The position numbers and the translations under genes are program-made. Below the pieces are notes generated by a model, which saw only the letters and a program-made list of their open reading frames with translations, did not search any database and was not told the origin of the DNA. DNA of 64,000 nucleotides, taken from the IMG/VR virus record IMGVR_UViG_3300012983_000034, positions 32,001 through 96,000 of that record; one strand, written 5' to 3'. Shown here piece after piece: positions 21,301 to 29,588 of this stretch. Positions within the stretch are counted from its first letter, which is position 1. Each line of letters opens with the position of its first letter. Source of the DNA: a virus (Duplodnaviria; Caudoviricetes).

Positions 21301-21920
21301 TTAATGGAGATAGTATTTGTTATGGTGCAGGAGCAACTGGTGGATATGGTAAAATTCTTGCAGAAAACAACCAAATGACCTTGCAAAATGTCGGCGTGAG
21401 TGGAGGTACGATTACAGCAGAAACTTATGTTGATGGAACAATCGCAAGGCATTGGATTTGTCGCACGATTGAGAATATGAACGCCGATGCAGATTATGTT
21501 ATTGTAGAGGGTGGTGTGAATGATTGTTCTTTGAAACCTGCTTTTGGAGCAATCACTAACGGATTTAACGAAGCGCTTGATGATACAACTTTCTGCGGAG
21601 CAATGGAGTCTATATGCAAACAGCTTGTAACACGATTCGCAGGAAAAAAGATAGGCTTTATAATCGTACACAAATGCTATCAAGGATATTCCAGCCAGTT
21701 TAATGGCGAAGAAAATTACTACAAAACCACCAAAGAAATTTGCGAAAAGTGGGGTGTTCCTTATTTGGATTTGAATACTTCTTGTCCTCCTTTTGGGGCT
21801 GGTGGAATTGACGAATTGCGCCTAGCATATACTTATAACGGTGACGGATGGCATCCAAATGAAGCAGGTTATCGAGCCTATTATGTGCCGAAAATTGAGG
21901 CGTGGTTGAAAACGCTATAA
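18399..21920 (+). CDS. Multidomain fibre protein with C-terminal SGNH/GDSL esterase
   Basis: GDSI, GGVND, DGWHPN SGNH blocks; carbohydrate-binding-like middle module; ANNALDK repeats. Confidence 0.75.
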   Translation: MATRKYVSLNKLSVFLDKLKATFASLTHTHSYDELRNKPFYEGTDYSSVFASTVNFYEWGGGVYGAAVTDAPKVLTQSISHKVIWDGVEYTMTSAFAGNNDAGNPITSIGAPYGDYSNYPFGIDSYMTASGTYEFSIHTNSTTSTHTIDILELGSSFVTLDDRFISDNIARTLDVDTAIENLRDNTDKVANALKGYASGESVTLTDVSPLEHEIKVKIQTNGEQIGKEPALIGEENMLQYEGDIEFGKSYTIDSYGYNDDEGTDYIGFYNDYEEYCLLIIYSYEHSISSIEEISNYNFIRFEMKDEEEGWEAYLEPDDFSSVRVTVSGTGEKFALGNYENSGGDCWDNNGTFIVESVESADDFDYGIIYFTNGTYYEGTIRNDNIQAGDKAKIEYNYDPAYEYNVPCLVIIKGDYIEPTIYTPNKEGVISGIIGDGKVIIISNNKDYILEVEYNRDINGIISDISNEVVSVQSKADSAYNIANNAQTTANNALDKANGAQTTANNALDKANGAQSVATNAQTTANNALDKIEQMSNPSVITGTANGSAVALTDISPLEHEIGVKLASDTLTDFSSVTLTKYGKNIFSDSIQFTGVNFEENGDKIFAPRNYDVEGARNEYIGFTITDIWQLAYDRGLSLTVSFDMKAAKEGQILIYTLGKPRLTHNQWHDVTTEWQHFSFTATTYIEPNADGSDDCDLSFYGTYESGVTPFLKNIQIEIGTMETEYEQFQKQTYTPNADGTVDGVTSFYPTTTLLTNVEGITITAEYIKNVNDALNIEPSNEADTSLVVGANISDVLRYTKQDLTDAQKAQARNNIEAVSRDEVGIVIETSVNLFNRNDARNKYNTFILGGYNAFNGYIVSHPIYMKAGVSYKYRFHGSLGTNQVVARVEADTSEILQEYTYNVENVEYVSFTPTESGYYVVNLGNASDVLEYFMVCRENEYPSNFVEFGTKTTTTTMRNPLLGKSIALNGDSICYGAGATGGYGKILAENNQMTLQNVGVSGGTITAETYVDGTIARHWICRTIENMNADADYVIVEGGVNDCSLKPAFGAITNGFNEALDDTTFCGAMESICKQLVTRFAGKKIGFIIVHKCYQGYSSQFNGEENYYKTTKEICEKWGVPYLDLNTSCPPFGAGGIDELRLAYTYNGDGWHPNEAGYRAYYVPKIEAWLKTL
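19841..19988 (+). repeat. Tandem coding repeat (AQTTANNALDK x3)
   Basis: GCACAGACTACCGCAAATAACGCTCTTGATAA near-identical copies. Confidence 0.85.
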
Positions 21921-21940
21921 GCAAAATAAATATGTCAAAC

Positions 21941-21978
21941 AAGAGTGGCAGAATTTTGTCTGCCACTCTTTATTTTTT
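21941..21978 (+). terminator. Intrinsic terminator
   Basis: AAGAGTGGCAGA-attttg-TCTGCCACTCTT + T tract. Confidence 0.75.
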
Positions 21979-22006
21979 ATACAAATAAGATTAGAGGTGG
22001 TAAATA

Positions 22007-23380
22007 ATGGCTTGGAATCCGTTTGGTGTCGCATTTGAACTCTCGGCATCTGGTAGTAATGTAACGAGAATATCTGCCACCCAATTTACTGTAAAAGTTA
22101 GTGCCTCTTGGGAGGTTTATTATTCTGGGAACAAAACAAATTATGGAATGAAAGTCACATCTGGCGGAAAAACCATATACATACCTGAATATGATGGAGA
22201 AAATCACTCCTCTGGTAGCGGCACTCTCACTGGCACATATTCGATTAGCGGAAATGGCTCTCAAACAAAGAGTGTTTCTGTGGTTTTTGAAAACTATAAA
22301 ACAAATCCAGATAGTTCTGCTACTACAACTGTTACTTTTAATGTAACCGTACCAGCTTGGACATCTTACACGGTTTCATATAATGCCAATGGTGGTTCTG
22401 GCGCTCCTTCAAGTCAGACAAAATGGAAAGACCAAACATTAACACTGTCATCTACAAAACCAACTCGAACTGGCTACACATTTAGTAAATGGAATACAAA
22501 AGCTGACGGCAGCGGAACTTCTTATAATTCTGGAGCTGGTTATACTGCTAACTCTGCCGCTACACTATATGCGATATGGACAGAGAATAAATTAACTGTA
22601 AATTATTATAGCAACTATGCTGACTATGGTACTTATAAAGGCGAAGCATTAAGTGTAAGCGCAAGTACCAATGTTAAAGTACATTCTCAAGATTTTTTAT
22701 ATGATAATTCGTATAGCAGCGCATTATCAAATGTTCAAAATGCAAGTTATTTGTATTTGTCACGCACTGGTTATACCCCTACTGGATATTGGGGAACTTC
22801 AACAAGTGGCGGAACGCTTATAGATGAAGATGCCAATTATTCAACTGGTCAAGCTCTTGCACAAGCATTTGGTAAGAGTCTTGCAAGTGGTAATGCATCT
22901 GTGAATGTATATCCGCAATGGAAAATAAACACTTATACAATTGGATACGATGGTAATGGCGGCTCTGGCAGTATGGAAGTTCAATCAGTTAATTGGCAAG
23001 AAACGTTCACTCTTCTTGATAATAAATTTAAACGAGAAGGATATAAATTTATTGGATGGAATGCACAAAGAGAAGTCGATAGAAAATGGTATGTTAATGG
23101 ACAAGGTTGGTTAACAGAAGATGAAATTACTACTAATGGATATGAGAAAAAGTTATATCTTAATCAAGATGAATTAATATTCGATTTGTCTTGGATTAGA
23201 GGAGAAACAGGAGTAATTCATCAATATACGATGTATGCTATATGGGAAATATCTGGTGTTATTTATATAGATAACGGTACAGTATTTGAACCATATCTTG
23301 TATATATAGATAATGGAACAGATTGGGATTTATATATTGCATATGTTGATAATGGCACAGATTGGGATATAATCTCATAG
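22007..23380 (+). CDS. InlB B-repeat (Listeria-Bacteroides repeat) virion protein
   Basis: YTVSYNANGGSG...PTRTGYTFSKWNT...TLYAIW repeats. Confidence 0.75.
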   Translation: MAWNPFGVAFELSASGSNVTRISATQFTVKVSASWEVYYSGNKTNYGMKVTSGGKTIYIPEYDGENHSSGSGTLTGTYSISGNGSQTKSVSVVFENYKTNPDSSATTTVTFNVTVPAWTSYTVSYNANGGSGAPSSQTKWKDQTLTLSSTKPTRTGYTFSKWNTKADGSGTSYNSGAGYTANSAATLYAIWTENKLTVNYYSNYADYGTYKGEALSVSASTNVKVHSQDFLYDNSYSSALSNVQNASYLYLSRTGYTPTGYWGTSTSGGTLIDEDANYSTGQALAQAFGKSLASGNASVNVYPQWKINTYTIGYDGNGGSGSMEVQSVNWQETFTLLDNKFKREGYKFIGWNAQREVDRKWYVNGQGWLTEDEITTNGYEKKLYLNQDELIFDLSWIRGETGVIHQYTMYAIWEISGVIYIDNGTVFEPYLVYIDNGTDWDLYIAYVDNGTDWDIIS

Positions 23381-23395
23381 TAAAGAGGTGATTTA

Positions 23396-24169
23396 ATGGC
23401 AGATATTAAAAATAAAGTTGTTACGGTTGAATCTTTGTCGGCTTTGCACGAACATAATAAAGAAACTTATATGTCAACAACTACCATTACAGTCCCAGCA
23501 GGTCGTATGCGTGGAGATGTTAATGGTGATGGATATGTTGATTTAGCAGATGCTCAACTTGTTAATAATCATATTTCTGGAGATAATATCATTACAGATA
23601 AAATACAATTATTATGTGCTGATACGAATAATGATGGAAACATAGACGAAGAAGATGCGTCAAACATAGCATATATTTATCATTTTGGTTTTGAGGAATA
23701 CTTGGAATTAGCAAATGATGTTTTGGGAAATTGGAAGCGCAATCCAGAATATGATATTGAAGGCAGCGAAACTAAAGATATGATGTTCTATACAGATATT
23801 GTTGTTGGAAATATAGACTACGAATCTCATTCTTTTATAATCACTATTGCAGATAAAAAATATGACAAAGACTTTTTTTGTGCAATATGTGTTAATGAAG
23901 CAATTAGATTATATGCAAAATTTTCCCCAACTTCCGAAGTAAAGGCTATAGTGCAATATTGGAATGGCAATGGAACAAATGTTGTCGTAGTTGATTCATT
24001 AGGTATTTTGTCAATGACTAACGGTGGTACAAACGCTTCAAATGGGGCAGATGGTTTAGCAAATTTATTTGCTGACGGCAAAACAGTTCTTTCGTCTTAT
24101 CAGTATGGCGACACTCTTCCCGAAGCTGGAACTGTTGGCAGAATATTTTTTAAGAAAATAAGCGAATAA
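23396..24169 (+). CDS. Dockerin-domain fibre protein
   Basis: GDVNGDGYVDLADA ... ADTNNDGNIDEEDA paired Ca-binding loops. Confidence 0.7.
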   Translation: MADIKNKVVTVESLSALHEHNKETYMSTTTITVPAGRMRGDVNGDGYVDLADAQLVNNHISGDNIITDKIQLLCADTNNDGNIDEEDASNIAYIYHFGFEEYLELANDVLGNWKRNPEYDIEGSETKDMMFYTDIVVGNIDYESHSFIITIADKKYDKDFFCAICVNEAIRLYAKFSPTSEVKAIVQYWNGNGTNVVVVDSLGILSMTNGGTNASNGADGLANLFADGKTVLSSYQYGDTLPEAGTVGRIFFKKISE

Positions 24170-24175
24170 AAAATT

Positions 24176-24205
24176 AAGGATATCTTTACGGATATCCTTT
24201 TTTTT
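24176..24205. terminator. Probable bidirectional terminator
   Basis: A-tract, AAGGATATC-tttacg-GATATCCTT, T-tract, between convergent genes. Confidence 0.7.
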
Positions 24206-24326
24206 ACATTTTTTGTTTCGTGTTTTTCTCATTATATTTGTCTGCAAAAAACTTTGCTAATCTGCTTGTATTTATCTTTTTACTTTCTATAATTTTAATT
24301 GTTATCTCTCTTTCTTTTCTCGCCAT
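24204..24326 (-). CDS. 40-aa basic protein divergent from the integrase (candidate RDF; not in ORF track)
   Basis: MARKEREITIKIIESKKINTSRLAKFFADKYNEKNTKQKM; AAGGAG RBS; TGGACA-17-TATACT promoter (24424-24396). Confidence 0.55.
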   Translation of the reverse strand: MARKEREITIKIIESKKINTSRLAKFFADKYNEKNTKQKM

Positions 24327-24648
24327 ATTTAACTCCTTATTTTTATAACTTTATTTGTTAAATGGAAATACTTCTTACACTGCCTCTCTTATATTAGTAT
24401 ATTAAAATAATAATTTTATGTCCAATAAATTGGACATTTTTTTAGTCAATAGGTAAATAGAATCATTTTATTTCACTTATTCTGATTATTATGTTAATAT
24501 GAATTTAAGAGGAGGTGGTGTAATCTTATGACAGTAATTAAAAAGGTTATAAGGAAAGAGGTGATGTGTTTCATTGTTTTTGCATTGTTTCATTTGTAAT
24601 GAGACAATGGATGTTTTAATGAAATAATCATCTAAGGAAGTGCATCCA

Positions 24649-26271
24649 ATGGCGAGTATACAAAGAACGATAATAAGAGAAAATCGAAGGAGAGTTGCTG
24701 TTGCTTACGCTCGTTTCTCTTCTAACAATCAGCGTGAAGAAAGTATTGACGCTCAATTAAGGGCTATCCGTGAGTATTGTGAAAGAGAAAATATCGAGTT
24801 AGTAGCAGAGTTTACAGATGAAGCGCAGAGCGGTAAAACAGATGACCGTGAAGATTTTCAGAATATGATTAACAAATTATTGAAAGGTCATATTCAAGCA
24901 GACTATGTTTTAGTTCATAAATTCAACCGTTTTGCGAGGAACAAATTTGATAGTGCTTTATACAAGAAGAAATTAAGAGATATAGATGTTAAAGTTGTTT
25001 CTGTATCTCAGAAGATTGACGATACACCAGAGGGTGAATTGTTAGAAGGTTTTCTTGAAACCATCGACCAATACTACTCTGCTAACCTTGCTGCTGAGGT
25101 AAGGAAAGGTCTTAGAGAAAACGCATTAAAAGGCAAACATGCTGGTGGTCAAGTCTTATTTGGATACTCTCTTGATGAAGATGGATATTATGTACCAAAT
25201 GAGAACGCAAAGATTGTTAAGCGCATCTTTGAAGAGTATGTACAGGGGTATCCTAAAACAGAAATTTGTGAAAGACTTAATAAAGAAGGATATCGCAACC
25301 AGCGTGGAAAGCCATTCAATACTCGTACACTCTATGACCTTTTAAGAAATGAGAAGTATATTGGTAATTATGTCTACACAATAGACAAGAAAGAAACAGT
25401 TCGTCTTGATGGGATTATTAAAGACCATCCGATTGACAAGCAACTTTGGCATCAGGTTCAAGAACTTTGTAAAGACTCAAGCGAAAAGGCACAAGCTAGA
25501 CAACGAACACAAAAACGCTTTTACTATTTAACAGGAAAGGCTTATTGCGAAGAATGTGGTAGCAGAATTTGTGCCAATGGTTCTAAGCGTTCAAATGGCA
25601 AAGGCAAGTTAAATTATTATTATCAGTGTATTGGAAAAGTAAAGCAAAAAAATGGATGCAAAAATCCAGCTCTTAACAAAGATTGGGTTGAGCCAAAGGT
25701 TCTTAAATCAGTAATGAATATTGTTATGGACGATAACCAGCTTGAGCAAATTGCAAAAGTTGCATTTGAAGAGATTATTGCTATGAGAGATACACCAGTT
25801 GTAACCACTGCTCAACTTAAAAAGGAATTAGCACAAATTGATAAAAAGCAAGAAAGATTAAGAGACTTGTATATTGATGGAAATATGAGCAAAGAAATGC
25901 TCGATGAGAAAAATGGAGAGTTAGCAAGACGAAGATATCAAATTGAAGATGAATTAGAAAAAAGAAAAAATATCTTCGACGCAGAAGACATTACGCCAGA
26001 AGATATTAAAGAGTTTATTGTTCAATATGTTGAAGATGTTCAGAATGATTACGACCAGTCAGATGATGAATTCAAAAGAATTATGATTAACACCTTTGTA
26101 GAAAGGGTTGATGTAAGCAAGGAGAAAGTGACCGTTCATATCCATACGCCGTTTAGTCGTATGGATAGAGGTTATAAGGGGAATTTTACTGGGGTGCTAC
26201 ACCGCTTATCAACCGTCAAACTAACACGGTCTTTCCCTCGTAAAAAGAATATTCACGGTAGACTTGATTGA
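24649..26271 (+). CDS. Large serine recombinase (phage integrase)
   Basis: YARFSS catalytic motif, FNRFAR, recombinase domain, CxxCG...YYQC zinc ribbon, coiled coil. Confidence 0.92.
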   Translation: MASIQRTIIRENRRRVAVAYARFSSNNQREESIDAQLRAIREYCERENIELVAEFTDEAQSGKTDDREDFQNMINKLLKGHIQADYVLVHKFNRFARNKFDSALYKKKLRDIDVKVVSVSQKIDDTPEGELLEGFLETIDQYYSANLAAEVRKGLRENALKGKHAGGQVLFGYSLDEDGYYVPNENAKIVKRIFEEYVQGYPKTEICERLNKEGYRNQRGKPFNTRTLYDLLRNEKYIGNYVYTIDKKETVRLDGIIKDHPIDKQLWHQVQELCKDSSEKAQARQRTQKRFYYLTGKAYCEECGSRICANGSKRSNGKGKLNYYYQCIGKVKQKNGCKNPALNKDWVEPKVLKSVMNIVMDDNQLEQIAKVAFEEIIAMRDTPVVTTAQLKKELAQIDKKQERLRDLYIDGNMSKEMLDEKNGELARRRYQIEDELEKRKNIFDAEDITPEDIKEFIVQYVEDVQNDYDQSDDEFKRIMINTFVERVDVSKEKVTVHIHTPFSRMDRGYKGNFTGVLHRLSTVKLTRSFPRKKNIHGRLD

Positions 26272-26401
26272 TTTAGTTTAACAATGATTATAGCACACTA
26301 CAGTATAAAAGGAAGTGAAAATATTTTACGCAAAGTTATCACAGAGTATGATGCTTTGTGGTAACTTTGTATCATATTAAACTTTCAGGTAGGTGAGATT
26401 T

Positions 26402-26635
26402 ATGAATAGCGATAAAGAGTTATTTGACCTTGCTAAAAGATATGCTCATTTAGAAAGTCTGTTTCAAACAGTTGCAACAGAGTTTGAGATTGAAGAAGTT
26501 AAAGAAGCTATGGAAGAAATATTGAACACTCTTTTAGAAAAGAGATATAATGCCGACAAATTCGTTCATTATAAAAAGATGTACAAAGAAATGACTATGG
26601 GAGAATATTTTGAGTTTATCAAAACACTTGAATAG
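26402..26635 (+). CDS. Hypothetical protein
   Basis: ORF with AGGTG RBS. Confidence 0.5.
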   Translation: MNSDKELFDLAKRYAHLESLFQTVATEFEIEEVKEAMEEILNTLLEKRYNADKFVHYKKMYKEMTMGEYFEFIKTLE

Positions 26636-26648
26636 GAGTTGGAACATC

Positions 26649-27044
26649 ATGACGGATAAAATAAATGTTATGCATTATATTAGAAGAGGTAGACCAGAAA
26701 GAGCTGTAATTTATGTTAGAGGTCATGACGAAGAAGTAGAAACAGCACAAGAATTAAAATGTAGAATGTACGCAAAAGACAAAGGATATGAAGTTGCATA
26801 TGTAACAAGTCATATTGAAGATGTAAATTTATGTGATGTTTTGTTGGTTGCAAACTTTTCAAGAATTAGTCGCAAACAAATGGAGTTTGTAAAGATTTAT
26901 AAATTGTTTAAAGCAAGAGGTATTAGAATTGAAAGTGCTACTGGACAACACGATATTAGCAAAGCATTTTCTGCCAAAGATATTTATAAGGCATTAGATT
27001 TATTTTTTAAAAAAGATTTTAATGAACCATTAAAAAAAGATTGA
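26649..27044 (+). CDS. Stand-alone serine-resolvase catalytic-domain homologue, probably inactive
   Basis: AVIYVRG (Ser of YxRVS absent), DVLLVANFSRISR, GIRIES; no DNA-binding domain. Confidence 0.65.
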   Translation: MTDKINVMHYIRRGRPERAVIYVRGHDEEVETAQELKCRMYAKDKGYEVAYVTSHIEDVNLCDVLLVANFSRISRKQMEFVKIYKLFKARGIRIESATGQHDISKAFSAKDIYKALDLFFKKDFNEPLKKD

Positions 27045-27069
27045 CCTTAGATTATTATATTAGTATAAT
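27041..27069 (+). promoter_or_regulatory. SigA-type promoter
   Basis: TTGACC-17bp-TATAAT. Confidence 0.75.
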
Positions 27070-27075
27070 AAAGAT

Positions 27076-27219
27076 ACCCTTTCTAAAGACCAAGAAATTA
27101 CCATTTAGTATGTAGGGTTTGTCATTTCTAAACATATATCATATATGTATCATCTGTTTATTTCCACGTTGAGATGACAAATTAAACCCCGTAGATTAAT
27201 CTCTACGGGGTCTTTTTTT
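27076..27219 (+). ncRNA. Putative structured small RNA (about 145 nt)
   Basis: Own promoter, two stem-loops, terminator, no RBS-led ORF. Confidence 0.55.
27186..27219 (+). terminator. Intrinsic terminator
   Basis: ACCCCGTAGA-ttaatc-TCTACGGGGT + T7. Confidence 0.8.
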
Positions 27220-27280
27220 ACCTTGCTGGATGTACGAGCAGCCATTGATGCTAATTCTAATATTATTTATATCCACTTGT

Positions 27281-27484
27281 TTAAAATTTATGCGTCTTTT
27301 TATTTTTTTTATTTATTATTGACAACATTTTTCTGCCGTCTTTATAACCTTGATTGTATGCATTCTGTAAATTATCTTCTTGTTTATCATTAAACGGCGG
27401 AAAACTAATTGTGCACATTAATATTACAACATTAATTAACACAATTGATGCAATAGCAATAAAGGATAGTATATACTCCATCAT
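27281..27484 (-). CDS. Small membrane protein
   Basis: N-terminal TM, basic tail. Confidence 0.5.
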   Translation of the reverse strand: MMEYILSFIAIASIVLINVVILMCTISFPPFNDKQEDNLQNAYNQGYKDGRKMLSIINKKNKKTHKF

Positions 27485-27487
27485 TTT

Positions 27488-28045
27488 TTAATATTCACTT
27501 CTTAAAGAATTATTCAAGCAATCATTCATAAAACAATTTGCTTTTACTTTTAGGTCTTCCAGTGTGCCGTTATTATTGATTACAATATCGTAATCATAAT
27601 TATATACATTTTCATCTGCCATATTAGAAGTAATGTGTTTTACCGAGTCTCTTTTAACCAAGATTGTCTTTGCGTTATATTCTTTAAATTCATTTAAAGC
27701 TTTCGAAATTTCTTTTGGTTCTCTAATATGTAAAAACAATATTTTTGAAATATCAACGCCATCATTCATAACGCTATTTGCAAATTTCTTCATATCATTT
27801 AAAGGCATATCATTGTATTCTGTGGTCAGTAATTTTAGGTCTGATAAAAACTTTCTATCTTTTTCTGTTTTTGCGCCATTCCAACCAATAATTTTAGCGA
27901 CTTCTTTAACCTTTGAAACAGATGAATAATTATCCACTTTTGTAGAAATATCGGCTTGGTTTCGTACTTCTTCAACAAATGCGTCTTTGCCTACTCCACC
28001 TGAGCCATTAATAATAAAAATTTGTTGTTTCATAATTTTCTCCAT
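27488..28045 (-). CDS. P-loop nucleotide (dNMP) kinase-like protein
   Basis: INGSGGVGKD Walker A; HIREP; YDIVINNNG; next to thyA. Confidence 0.65.
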   Translation of the reverse strand: MEKIMKQQIFIINGSGGVGKDAFVEEVRNQADISTKVDNYSSVSKVKEVAKIIGWNGAKTEKDRKFLSDLKLLTTEYNDMPLNDMKKFANSVMNDGVDISKILFLHIREPKEISKALNEFKEYNAKTILVKRDSVKHITSNMADENVYNYDYDIVINNNGTLEDLKVKANCFMNDCLNNSLRSEY

Positions 28046-28047
28046 AT

Positions 28048-28914
28048 TTAAATGCCTAACTCTAATGTTAACTGAGGCTTAATAGGTTCATAGTTTAACA
28101 TTGTAAAGTCGTCAATTGTCATTTCAAAAAAGTTTGTTACATCTGGATTTAGAATGAGATTTGGATTCGGCTTATACGCCTCATCTCTTTCTAAAAACAT
28201 TTTTCCTTCTAAAAACTCAAATCTGTTTAATAACTCATTTGCTTGCTCGGTATGTCTATCATAAATCTGTTCATTTGCGATAAAATGAGTAAACACACCA
28301 GCCTCATATCCACAATGTCTTGCAATCATCATAAGCAATGCGGCGTATTGAACTTCATTCATACAGCCAGCACCAGAAGCAGTAATCATATCCCCACTTC
28401 TCTGAATTAAGCACATATCAAGATACTTTCCTCTTACATTCCAAATTGTTAGAAACGCACAAGGGGCAAGACCTTTTGTTTCTCTCAAATCAGTTTCTTG
28501 CCAAAGAGACATAACTTTTCTTCTGCCATATGGGTCTTTCTTAATGTCTTCAATAAGATTATTAATTAAATCGTATCTTTTTACTGTAGCGCCATATCTT
28601 TGACCAATCGTGCCATCACCAATATCCCAAGGATTCCACCATTTTACACCCATCTCTTCCATTTCAGAAATTACATTGGTAGGTTTCTGATAAATAGTAA
28701 AAATTTCTTTGATACCAGTTTTCCAAACAATTGGTCTTAGTGTTAAGATGGGAAATTCGCCTTTGGATAAATCATATTTTCTTGTAATATGATTAACAGA
28801 TAGAGTATGTGCTGAACTTCCATCTGCATATTTTGGACGAGGGTTTTCATCCAAATATCCATTTACCAAAATATCTTTAATTGCATCATTCATATAAATA
28901 TCTGCTTTATTCAT
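28048..28914 (-). CDS. thyA: Thymidylate synthase
   Basis: PYGRR, LAPC, QRSGD, QIYDRH motifs. Confidence 0.9.
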   Translation of the reverse strand: MNKADIYMNDAIKDILVNGYLDENPRPKYADGSSAHTLSVNHITRKYDLSKGEFPILTLRPIVWKTGIKEIFTIYQKPTNVISEMEEMGVKWWNPWDIGDGTIGQRYGATVKRYDLINNLIEDIKKDPYGRRKVMSLWQETDLRETKGLAPCAFLTIWNVRGKYLDMCLIQRSGDMITASGAGCMNEVQYAALLMMIARHCGYEAGVFTHFIANEQIYDRHTEQANELLNRFEFLEGKMFLERDEAYKPNPNLILNPDVTNFFEMTIDDFTMLNYEPIKPQLTLELGI

Positions 28915-28943
28915 TATCTTACCTCTTATATATTTATGTCTTA

Positions 28944-29354
28944 TTAGATATAATCCCCATAGGTATGACCACTTAGAACGCCGTTATCCTGAAGAAACGC
29001 CATCCATTTTTCTACCTGTTCTTTAACAATATTTGCACATTCGTTTTGAGGATTTTTTCTTAATAAATGTTGATAATCATAAGGCTGACAAAAATCCAAA
29101 TCTACAATCATAATGTCTATATCTGAGCCATCTTTAGGAATCTTTACCGTAAAATCAATTTCGATATCTTTCCACTTTTTATTATTAGGAAACTGAATCA
29201 TCTTAGAAAACCACCAATAAGGACTTGGCTTTTCGTGGTCTGTTCCTTCATAGTAATTCTTTTTAAAACCAATCTCTTTCATCTTTTCATCTGAAAGAAT
29301 ATTGTACTTAATTAGTTTGTTTACTCCGTTGGAGTTTTTTTCTACATAAGGCAT
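28944..29354 (-). CDS. Hypothetical protein
   Basis: ORF with AAGGAG RBS. Confidence 0.55.
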   Translation of the reverse strand: MPYVEKNSNGVNKLIKYNILSDEKMKEIGFKKNYYEGTDHEKPSPYWWFSKMIQFPNNKKWKDIEIDFTVKIPKDGSDIDIMIVDLDFCQPYDYQHLLRKNPQNECANIVKEQVEKWMAFLQDNGVLSGHTYGDYI

Positions 29355-29369
29355 TTTAAATAATCTCCT

Positions 29370-29567
29370 TTAAATATCGCTATCTTCGATTACATCAAAT
29401 TCTTTAAGAAGACATTCTTCACATATTTCATCGCTTCCATATTTATATAACTTAACATCTTCTTCGCCACAATAATCGCACTTGAAATGTTGAACCTTTT
29501 TATATTTACAGGAGCTACCCAAACACGGTAATCCGCAGCCTACACAATCATTTGAATAATATTTCAT
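29370..29567 (-). CDS. Small Cys-rich (zinc-binding) protein
   Basis: CVGCGLPC, CDYC, CEEC. Confidence 0.55.
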   Translation of the reverse strand: MKYYSNDCVGCGLPCLGSSCKYKKVQHFKCDYCGEEDVKLYKYGSDEICEECLLKEFDVIEDSDI

Positions 29568-29588
29568 TATTATACAACCTTTATAAGT

